Positions 14,869-21,334 of a stretch of DNA of 24,000 nt are shown piece after piece. The notes under the pieces were generated by a model. That model was not told the origin of the DNA. It worked only from the letters and a program-made list of their open reading frames with translations, and made no database searches. The stretch is from Arenimonas maotaiensis. GTDB lineage: Bacteria; Pseudomonadota; Gammaproteobacteria; Xanthomonadales; Xanthomonadaceae. The stretch's first letter is position 1, and every line of letters starts with the position of its first letter. Location of the stretch: the NCBI RefSeq assembly GCF_014638745.1, contig NZ_BMFO01000003.1, positions 129,052 to 153,051 on the forward strand, read 5' to 3'. Both the position numbers and the translations under genes were made by a program.

Positions 14869-16413
14869 TCAGGGTTCCCAGCCGTAATAGCCGGTGAACG
14901 GCGATGCGTAGGTGAGCCTGTCCATGCAGGCGGCGTCGAGCGCTTTCGGATCGGCGCTTTCCAGGAAGCGGGCGTACAGCTTCGGCATGCAGCCCACCGG
15001 CAGCACGTTGTGGCCGGTGCCCTTGGCCACGATGTGGCGGGCGTTGCCCAGGTGCTTCATCACCAGGTCGCCGTAGCGCGGCGGCGTGACCGGGTCGAAT
15101 TCGCCCGAGAGCACCAGCACCGGCAGCTTGCCGGTCAGCGGCGCGCGGTAGTCGGCCGGGCGCGGCTTGTGCGGCCACACCGCGCACTGCGCCTGCATCA
15201 GCTCCACCAATCCGGTGCCGAGCAGGCGCGTGCGGTCTTCCGGATCCACTTTCAGGTCCGGCGCGTCCTCGGAGCACATCACCGACAGCTGCATGCCGTG
15301 CATGATCTGGTCGGAGATGTCGCGGGTGAGCATTTCGCTTAAACCCATCAGCGCATCGACGTGGCCTTGGTTGCCTTCGCTGAACAGCAGCGGCAGCACG
15401 CCCGCCGCCTGCGGCGCATAGGCCAGCATGCGCGTCAGCATCGCCACATGGCCGGCGCTGAACTGGCCGTCGCGCCATTCGCCGGTCAGCGCGTCGCGGT
15501 AACGCACCGGCACCGGGCCTTTGGCCAGGGTCGCCATCAGTTTGTCCAGCTGCGCGCGCGGGTCGCCCATTTTGGCACGGCAGGCCGCGTCGGCGCTGCA
15601 ACGGGTGAACTGCAGGTCGAGCGAGGCCTCCAGGTTCTTGGCGTGATCCTGGCCGAGCACGGTCTCCAGCGGCGCCACGCCGTCGAGCACCACCGTGCGC
15701 GTGCTGGCCGGATAGCGCTTGGCGTACAGCTGCGCCATGCGCGTGCCGTAGGAGATGCCGATCAGGTTGATCTGCGCGGCGCCGATCGCCTTGCGCGCGA
15801 GATCCAGGTCCTGGATGGCGTCGCTGCTGCTGAACTGGCGCACGTCCACTTTGCCCGCGTACTGCGCCGCGCAGCGTTCGGCGAAGGCGGCGGCCGAGGC
15901 CGCGCTGTAGTCCTCGTCTTCCACCACCGCGCTTCGGCCGTCGGCGTCCACGCATTTGAGCGGATGGGAATCGCCGGTGCCGCGCTGGTCGAGCAGGATG
16001 ATGTGGCGCGATTTGCGCGCCTCGGCGAAAGCGCCGGCGATGCCCGGGAAGCTTTCGCGCGCGCCCTGGCCGGGGCCGCCGGCCAGCATGAAGATCGGGT
16101 CGTCTTCGGCGTCGCGCGTGGCCGGCAGCCAGGCGATGGCCAGCTTCAGCTTCCGACCGTCCGGTTTGCTGTGGTCTTCCGGCACCTGCAGCTCGCCGCA
16201 GAACGCCATCAGCGCGTCGGTGCCGCGCGCCAGGGTGCAGGGCTGGAAACGGATGCCGCCCAGCGTACGGCCGAGGTCGACCGCGGCCACCGCCGCTTTC
16301 GGTTTCGGTGCGTCGGCGTCTTTGCCGCCGTCGGACAGATACGGTTTGGCGATCCAGGCCGCGGCGGCGATGACCACCGCCGCGCGCAGCCCGTTCCGGT
16401 ATTTGGCTTGCAT
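14869..16413 (-). CDS. Secreted/anchored alpha/beta hydrolase, S33 TAP-like (tripeptidyl-aminopeptidase-type) family, 514 aa
   Basis: Real start is ATG 16411-16413 (MQAKYRNGLRAAVVIAAAAWIA…, a signal/anchor sequence), preceded by GGAGGAG. Nucleophile elbow GISYG with Ser codon at 15751-15753. The C-terminal PVLVLSGEFDPVTP and GTGHNV are typical of TAP-like hydrolases. The listed ORF 14869..16719 is over-extended. Confidence 0.85.
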   Translation of the reverse strand: MQAKYRNGLRAAVVIAAAAWIAKPYLSDGGKDADAPKPKAAVAAVDLGRTLGGIRFQPCTLARGTDALMAFCGELQVPEDHSKPDGRKLKLAIAWLPATRDAEDDPIFMLAGGPGQGARESFPGIAGAFAEARKSRHIILLDQRGTGDSHPLKCVDADGRSAVVEDEDYSAASAAAFAERCAAQYAGKVDVRQFSSSDAIQDLDLARKAIGAAQINLIGISYGTRMAQLYAKRYPASTRTVVLDGVAPLETVLGQDHAKNLEASLDLQFTRCSADAACRAKMGDPRAQLDKLMATLAKGPVPVRYRDALTGEWRDGQFSAGHVAMLTRMLAYAPQAAGVLPLLFSEGNQGHVDALMGLSEMLTRDISDQIMHGMQLSVMCSEDAPDLKVDPEDRTRLLGTGLVELMQAQCAVWPHKPRPADYRAPLTGKLPVLVLSGEFDPVTPPRYGDLVMKHLGNARHIVAKGTGHNVLPVGCMPKLYARFLESADPKALDAACMDRLTYASPFTGYYGWEP

Positions 16414-16415
16414 GT

Positions 16416-16607
16416 TCACTCCTCCATGAAAATCGATTCGATCGGCAACCCGAACAGCCGCGCGATCTTGAATGCCAGCTTGATGCTGGGGTCGTATTTT
16501 TCCGTCTCGATGGCGTTCACCGTCTGCCGCGACACCTCCAGCCGGTCGGCCAGCTCGGCCTGCGACCAGCCGAATTGCTCGCGCAGCTGGCGGACCCGGC
16601 TTTTCAC
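16416..16607 (-). CDS. Mini XRE-family helix-turn-helix transcriptional regulator (63 aa)
   Basis: The translation …GWSQAELADRLEVSRQTVNAIETEKYDPSIKLAFKIARLFGLPIESIF is the widespread family of about 65 aa usually found next to small multi-TM proteins. GTG start at 16605-16607 overlaps the upstream stop (GTGA). Confidence 0.9.
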   Translation of the reverse strand: MKSRVRQLREQFGWSQAELADRLEVSRQTVNAIETEKYDPSIKLAFKIARLFGLPIESIFMEE

Positions 16608-16999
16608 GCGCGGTACCGCCAGATCCCGATGTAGCGGGTGACGATATAGACCAGGCCGATGACCAACACCAGCACCGACAGCATCTCGCGTGCATCCAGG
16701 CCCAATACCCGGAAGTCATGCAGCAGCAGCAGGCTGTAGCCCGCGAGAAGACCGGTCATTGAGGACAGCGCCATGGCGTCCATTTCGATCTTGCGTTCCA
16801 GCTCGTCGCATTCGCCCAGATAGCGGAAGTAAAGCCAGAAAATCCAGGCCAAGGGCGCCAGCGGCAGCACGGCCAGTCCGGCTTTGGCCGCCTGCGACGG
16901 CATCGACGGCGCCATCAGATACGCCGCGACGGTCAGCCCGACGCACAGCAGGCCCGGCACGATGGATTTCAGGTAATAGCGTTTCAGCGGCGCGCGCAT
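16604..16999 (-). CDS. Four-TM membrane protein, paralog B (131 aa), YLGECDE motif
   Basis: Four hydrophobic helices. Motif YLGECDE at nt 16802-16822, in the loop between TM2 and TM3. Ends …WRYRA. The stop overlaps the XRE start. Confidence 0.7.
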   Translation of the reverse strand: MRAPLKRYYLKSIVPGLLCVGLTVAAYLMAPSMPSQAAKAGLAVLPLAPLAWIFWLYFRYLGECDELERKIEMDAMALSSMTGLLAGYSLLLLHDFRVLGLDAREMLSVLVLVIGLVYIVTRYIGIWRYRA

Positions 17000-17009
17000 G
17001 CCGGGCGCC

Positions 17010-17444
17010 TCAGCGGTAACGGCGAACGGCCTGCCATTTGGTCAGGCCGTAGAAGCCGCACAGCGACGGGAATACCCAGATGGCGACGGTGCCGCCGCCC
17101 ACGGTGAACACGCCGGCCTGGATCAGGAAGCCGATCGACAGGAACAGCAGGCCGACGATCAGGCTGGCCAAGGCGATGGCTTCCAGTTCGACGTGTCGGA
17201 TCATTTCGTCGCATTCGCCCAAGTAGGCCACCAGCGCCTTGCCCAGCAAGGCCACCGGCACCACCGGAGCCAATGCCAGCAGGGCCTTCGCGCCGGCGGG
17301 CCAGTCCGCGGCCACGCCGCGCAACAGCAGGATCGAGCCGAACAGCAGGGCGACATAGGCGCTCATGGTGGCCACGACCCGGCGTGTGTAACGGATTTCG
17401 GCCGCGGTGCGCGGTCGGAAGCATGAGGTGTCGGTGTCGGCCAT
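17010..17444 (-). CDS. Four-TM membrane protein, paralog A (144 aa), YLGECDE motif
   Basis: Four hydrophobic helices. Motif YLGECDE at nt 17205-17225. Ends …VRRYR. ATG at 17442-17444 is preceded by GGGGGA. There are 10 nt between its stop and the paralog B start. Confidence 0.7.
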   Translation of the reverse strand: MADTDTSCFRPRTAAEIRYTRRVVATMSAYVALLFGSILLLRGVAADWPAGAKALLALAPVVPVALLGKALVAYLGECDEMIRHVELEAIALASLIVGLLFLSIGFLIQAGVFTVGGGTVAIWVFPSLCGFYGLTKWQAVRRYR

Positions 17445-17455
17445 GGCAGTCCCCC

Positions 17456-17473
17456 TGTAAAGTCGACTTTACA
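17456..17473. promoter_or_regulatory. Perfect 18-bp palindrome TGTAAAGTCGACTTTACA, candidate operator of the XRE operon
   Basis: The sequence is exactly self-complementary. It lies 12-29 nt upstream of the first start codon of the operon. Confidence 0.5.
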
Positions 17474-17509
17474 TAAGACTGCATGATTAAAGTGGTAGTG
17501 TCAAGCGTG

Positions 17510-17517
17510 CTTTACAT
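17510..17517. promoter_or_regulatory. Third copy of the operator half-site (CTTTACAT), next to a TTGACA -35-like hexamer
   Basis: The 8-mer CTTTACAT occurs at 17467-17474 (right arm of the palindrome plus 1 nt) and again at 17510-17517. TTGACA on the minus strand lies at 17499-17504, between the two sites. Confidence 0.4.
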
Positions 17518-17622
17518 TTTTGTTTCTGATGCGGAGCCTGAACCGGATAAATCGTTCTTCTCATTGGAAAAACGCCGGATTCCGGTCAGAATCGGGACAT
17601 AACGGGATGCTCAGGGAAGGCT

Positions 17623-20418
17623 ATGCCGCTCAGTTGGAACGAAATCAAAAACCGCGCCCTTGCCTTCGCCAAGGAGTGGGACGGCGAAGCCTCCGAACAC
17701 GCCAACGCCAAGCCGTTCTGGGATGACTTCTTCAACGTCTTCGGGATTACCCGCAAGCGTGTGGCGGCCTTCGAGGAGCCGGTCAAGAAACTGGGCGACA
17801 AGCAGGGCTTCATCGACCTGTTCTGGAAAGGTGTGTTGCTGGTCGAGCACAAGTCGCGCGGCAAGGACCTGGACAAGGCCTATACGCAGGCTCTGGATTA
17901 TTTTCCCGGCATCCCCGAGCGCGATCTGCCGAAGTATGTGCTGGTTTCCGACTTCGCCCGGTTCCGCCTGTACGATCTGGAGGAAAACACCCAGCTTGAG
18001 TTCGCGCTGGGTGATTTGCATAAAAACGTACAGGCATTCGGCTTCATCGCCGGCTACCAGACGCATAAAATCAAGGAACAGGACCCGGTCAACATCAAAG
18101 CCGCCGAGCGTATGGGCCGGCTGCACGACCAGATGAAGGCGGTGGGCTATGACGGCCACGCCCTGGAGCACTACCTGGTCCGCCTGCTGTTCTGCCTGTT
18201 CGCCGAGGACACCGGCATCTTCGAGCGCCGGCAGTTCCAGGATTACATCGAGCAGAAGACCCACGAAGACGGCTCCGATCTGGCGCACCACATGGCCACG
18301 CTGTTCCACGTGCTGAACCAGGAGCAGGGCAAGCGCCTGAAGAACCTCGACGAGCAGTTGGCGGCTTTTCCCTATGTCAACGGCAAGCTGTTCGCCGAAC
18401 CCTTGCCGCCGGCCAGTTTCGATTCGGCGATGCGGCAGGCGCTGCTGGATTGTTGCGCACTGGACTGGAGCCGCATTTCGCCGGCCATCTTCGGCTCGCT
18501 GTTCCAGTCGATCATGGACAAGAAGGCCCGCCGCAACCTGGGCGCGCATTACACCAGCGAAAAGAACATCCTCAAGCTCATCAAGCCGCTGTTCCTGGAC
18601 GAGCTGTGGCAGGAGTTCGAGTCGGTCAAGTCCAACAAGCAGAAGCTGTTCGCCTTCCATGAAAAGCTGCGTGCGCTGAAGTTCCTCGATCCGGCCTGCG
18701 GTTGCGGTAACTTCCTGGTCATCGCCTACCGCGAACTGCGCCTGCTGGAGCTGGAAGTGCTGCGGGTGCGCTTCAAGACCAACGAGAAGTCCGGGCAGAC
18801 CGAAAACATCCAGACCATGATCCTGCTGGACGTGGACCAGTTCTACGGCATCGAGATCGAGGAATTCCCGGCACAGATCGCGCAGGTGGCCTTGTGGCTG
18901 ATGGACCACCAGATCAACCTGAAGATCTCCGAAGAGTTCGGCGAATACTTCGCGCGCATTCCCCTGCGTTCCAGCGGTAGCATCGTGTGCGCCAATGCCC
19001 TGCGCCTAGATTGGAACGATGTGGTTCCGGCCAAGGAATTAAGCTACATCCTCGGCAATCCGCCGTTTATCGGCGCGAAATTCATGGATGACGCGCAGCG
19101 CGCCGATGTGGCTGAGGTTTTCGACAACATCAAAAATGCCGGCCTGCTTGATTTCGTGGCAGCGTGGTATGTGAAAGCGGCAAAAATGATGCAGGGCACG
19201 TCCATTCGTTGTGCCTTCGTTTCCACGAATTCCATCGTTCAGGGCGAGCAGGTCGGCGTTTTATGGAGTTGGATGCTGGCCAATGGCGTAAAAATCTTCT
19301 TTGCCCATCGCACCTTCTCCTGGAATAACGAAGCGCGCGGCAAAGCCGCCGTGCATTGCGTGATAATCGGGTTTGCGTTGAACGACATTTCACCGAAATG
19401 GCTGTTCGAGTACGAAGATATCAAGGGCGAAGCACATCGCGTGCAAGTAAAGAATATCAATCCCTATTTGGTCGATGCGCCGAATATCGTGCTATTCAAT
19501 CGCTCAAAACCTTTATGCGATGTTCCCGGAATTGGAATTGGCAACAAGCCGATTGATGGCGGATATTACTTGTTTTCAGATTTTGAAATGGCGGATTTCA
19601 TTAAAGCAAATCCTGATTCCAAGATTTGGTTCAAGAAATGGCTTGGAGCTGATGAATTTATTAATGGCTGGCAAAGGTGGTGCTTGTTCATACGAGATAT
19701 GCCGCCAAATGAAATGCAGGCTAACCCGGCAATTTTGGGCATTATTGATAAGGTCAGAAATTATCGACTTGGCTTGATTCCAGCAAGAAATGCCGCAACC
19801 GATAAAGAGCCAAAGGTTGGCCAAAGTGCAAAACAGCTTGCGGCCACGCCAACACGGTTTCATGTTGAAAAAGTTTCCGATACAACCCAACTTATTATCC
19901 CGTCCGTATCGTCAGAAAAGCGGAATTACATTCCGATTGGATTTGAGCCAGAGACAACGCTTTGCAGCAATCTTGTGTTTGTTGCGGTTAATGCAAACTT
20001 ATTCCATTTCGGAATACTGAATTCAACAATGCATAATGCGTGGATGAGAGTGGTTTCTGGACGGCTTAAAAGTGACTACCGATATTCTGCCGGCATTGTC
20101 TATAACAATTTTCCATGGCCCGAAAATCCAAGTGCCAAGCACAAACAGGCGATAGAAGAGGCTGCGCAGGCGGTTTTGGATGCCCGCGCCCAATTCCCGG
20201 ATTCCACCTTGGCCGATCTGTACGATCCGCTGACCATGCCACCTGTATTGCTGAAAGCGCACCAGGCACTGGATAAGGCCGTGGACGCGGCGTACGGCAA
20301 GACCAATTTCAAGAGCGAGGCCGAGCGCGTGGCGTTTTTGTTTGAGCGATATCAATCGCTTGATTCAATATTAGCTAGCCGGACAGTCAAACCAAACCGC
20401 AACAAGTCAGCAACCTGA
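17623..20418 (+). CDS. MmeI-family Type IIL (IIG) single-polypeptide restriction endonuclease / N6-adenine DNA methyltransferase, 931 aa
   Basis: The N-terminal MPLSWNEIKNRALAFAKEW…AKPFWDDFFNVFGITRKRVAAFE matches MmeI as I remember it. D-x9-E-x-K nuclease motif (DLFWKGVLLVEHK) at nt 17815-17853. SAM motif I FLDPACGCGNFLV at 18682-18720. Catalytic NPPF at 19057-19068. The size and domain order match MmeI (919 aa). Confidence 0.9.
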   Translation: MPLSWNEIKNRALAFAKEWDGEASEHANAKPFWDDFFNVFGITRKRVAAFEEPVKKLGDKQGFIDLFWKGVLLVEHKSRGKDLDKAYTQALDYFPGIPERDLPKYVLVSDFARFRLYDLEENTQLEFALGDLHKNVQAFGFIAGYQTHKIKEQDPVNIKAAERMGRLHDQMKAVGYDGHALEHYLVRLLFCLFAEDTGIFERRQFQDYIEQKTHEDGSDLAHHMATLFHVLNQEQGKRLKNLDEQLAAFPYVNGKLFAEPLPPASFDSAMRQALLDCCALDWSRISPAIFGSLFQSIMDKKARRNLGAHYTSEKNILKLIKPLFLDELWQEFESVKSNKQKLFAFHEKLRALKFLDPACGCGNFLVIAYRELRLLELEVLRVRFKTNEKSGQTENIQTMILLDVDQFYGIEIEEFPAQIAQVALWLMDHQINLKISEEFGEYFARIPLRSSGSIVCANALRLDWNDVVPAKELSYILGNPPFIGAKFMDDAQRADVAEVFDNIKNAGLLDFVAAWYVKAAKMMQGTSIRCAFVSTNSIVQGEQVGVLWSWMLANGVKIFFAHRTFSWNNEARGKAAVHCVIIGFALNDISPKWLFEYEDIKGEAHRVQVKNINPYLVDAPNIVLFNRSKPLCDVPGIGIGNKPIDGGYYLFSDFEMADFIKANPDSKIWFKKWLGADEFINGWQRWCLFIRDMPPNEMQANPAILGIIDKVRNYRLGLIPARNAATDKEPKVGQSAKQLAATPTRFHVEKVSDTTQLIIPSVSSEKRNYIPIGFEPETTLCSNLVFVAVNANLFHFGILNSTMHNAWMRVVSGRLKSDYRYSAGIVYNNFPWPENPSAKHKQAIEEAAQAVLDARAQFPDSTLADLYDPLTMPPVLLKAHQALDKAVDAAYGKTNFKSEAERVAFLFERYQSLDSILASRTVKPNRNKSAT

Positions 20419-20442
20419 ACAATTTCAAGCAAAACTTGTAAT

Positions 20443-20457
20443 CTATATAAAATATAG
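20443..20457. promoter_or_regulatory. Inverted repeat CTATAT-AAA-ATATAG in the AT-rich leader of the DUF4258 gene (candidate promoter/operator)
   Basis: The palindrome lies 11 nt upstream of ATG 20468. TATAAA at 20446-20451 is -10-like. TTGTAA at 20436-20441 is -35-like. Confidence 0.3.
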
Positions 20458-20467
20458 GTAATCTTGC

Positions 20468-20809
20468 ATGGCAAAAGCCAAAAAGCCCAAAAAAGCGGTT
20501 GCCCGGATTGCGCTGACAACGGCGAATGCATCACGGATCATCAGGCGCTTGGCGCAGGATTCCAATGCGGTTTACTTCACCGATCATGCCAGTAAACGGA
20601 TGGCGCAGAGGAAAGTGACCCGCCCGCAGGTGATGGAATGTCTGATGAAGGGCGCCATAACGGAAGGACCGGCGCTTGATATCAAGGGATGCTGGAAGGT
20701 TACGGTCAGCCGGGCCGTATGCGGAGATGGAATTGATGTGGTGCTTGCTTTGGATTGGGATGCGGAAAGCGCCAGTTACGTGGTTGTCGTGACGGTCATT
20801 AGGGATTGA
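20468..20809 (+). CDS. DUF4258-family protein (putative toxin of a type II TA-like pair), 113 aa
   Basis: The segment …VYFTDHASKRMAQRKVTRPQVMECLMKG… matches the DUF4258 signature (f..HA..Rm.eR.i). The N-terminus is Lys-rich. Its stop lies 4 nt before the next ATG. Confidence 0.75.
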   Translation: MAKAKKPKKAVARIALTTANASRIIRRLAQDSNAVYFTDHASKRMAQRKVTRPQVMECLMKGAITEGPALDIKGCWKVTVSRAVCGDGIDVVLALDWDAESASYVVVVTVIRD

Positions 20810-20813
20810 TTTT

Positions 20814-21263
20814 ATGTTTCATTACGTTGACTGCGGATTGTTGAATGTGTGGCTTTCGAATGGTTACAAGACCATCGATACGCCCTATGGACGTGCTACC
20901 GCCATCGAGGATGTCGCCGGTCTGCACCGCGCCATCGGCACTCAGCTGGCAAGGGAGAAGCGGCATCTTTCCGGCCGTGAATTCCGCTTTTTACGCAAAG
21001 AGCTCGGGCTGTCGCAGGAAATGCTCGGGCAGTGGCTGGGTTACACCGACGGGCAGCAGATCGCCAAGTGGGAAAAATCGGCCCGGGTGCCTAGATTGCA
21101 GGACGGCGTGCTTCGTCAGCTCTATCTGGAGTCGATCAATGAGAAGAACGCGCAGTTCACCGCCATATTGAGGCGCCTGCAGGAAATCGATGCGAGCAAC
21201 CACAACGCCAAATTGGTTTTCACCGAGAGCGCCAAGAAGGGCTGGACTTCCAAAGTGGCGTGA
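20814..21263 (+). CDS. MqsA/YgiT-family HTH antitoxin-like protein lacking the zinc-ribbon cysteines, 149 aa
   Basis: The segment FHYVDCGLLNVWLSNGY…IEDVAGLHRAIGTQLAREKRHLSGREFRFLRKELGLSQEMLGQWLGY…IAKWEK follows the YgiT-type pattern (Y..SGL.NV.L…C..CGE…LH..IA…LTG.EIRFLRK.LG.S). The CxxC pairs are absent: the protein starts after the first pair, and the second is replaced by DTPYGR. AGGGA ribosome-binding site 8 nt upstream. Confidence 0.75.
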   Translation: MFHYVDCGLLNVWLSNGYKTIDTPYGRATAIEDVAGLHRAIGTQLAREKRHLSGREFRFLRKELGLSQEMLGQWLGYTDGQQIAKWEKSARVPRLQDGVLRQLYLESINEKNAQFTAILRRLQEIDASNHNAKLVFTESAKKGWTSKVA

Positions 21264-21306
21264 TCGCCTGCAGGGCGTATAGCCATTACGCTGAAACGTT
21301 TCCGCC

Positions 21307-21334
21307 ATCATTTTGTTGGCGTCAACAAAATGAT
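21307..21334. repeat. AT-rich perfect hairpin/palindrome ATCATTTTGTTG-GCGT-CAACAAAATGAT between convergent genes
   Basis: 12-bp arms at 21307-21318 and 21323-21334 with a 4-nt loop. The right arm ends on the first base of the stop codon of the 21334..21834 gene. No U-tract follows on either strand. Confidence 0.6.

Larger units (their letters stand above)
17518..21333. other. Compositionally atypical three-gene insert (putative defence islet); mechanism of mobility unknown
   Basis: Hand GC counts on 60-nt lines give 47% at 17521-17580, 55-65% at 17641-18540, 33-48% at 19441-20160 and 53-58% at 20521-20760. The background is 63-70% (for example 67% at 9001-9060). The insert is bounded on the left by the core operon's operator and on the right by the stop codon of a high-GC gene. 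Confidence 0.5.

Noticed and set aside
14106-16641. Plus-strand ORFs 14106..14897, 14563..15342 and 15361..16641, plus 22624..23466 (-) and 23274..23882 (-)
   Set aside because: They are antisense shadows of the ABC ATPase, the hydrolase and yadG/yadH. No motifs are present.
17520-17726. 68-aa ORF (TTG start) spanning the RM gene's upstream region and start
   Set aside because: It has a non-ATG start with no ribosome-binding site, overlaps the well-supported ATG 17623 gene out of frame, and its basic low-complexity translation carries no motif.
17611-18909. 432-aa minus-strand ORF antisense to the 5' half of the MmeI-type gene
   Set aside because: It lies in the mirror frame of a strongly supported gene. 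It is Leu/Gln/Val/Glu-rich, as expected for the complement of a coding frame. It ends where the GC content drops and stop codons become frequent, which argues for a compositional artefact.
17623-20418. Alternative reading of the 931-aa methyltransferase as BREX PglX or a Type I/III subunit
   Set aside because: It carries an N-terminal D-x9-ExK nuclease motif and an MmeI-like N-terminus. The window contains no pglZ, brxC, brxL, hsdS, hsdR or res genes. A single-chain Type IIL enzyme is the simpler call.
20471-20500. A-tracts (aaaag ccaaaaag cccaaaaaag) at the 5' end of the DUF4258 gene as a phase-variation slip site
   Set aside because: The longest run is A6 and the tracts are interrupted. 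They simply encode a Lys-rich N-terminus (AKAKKPKK). They are too short to call a contingency repeat.
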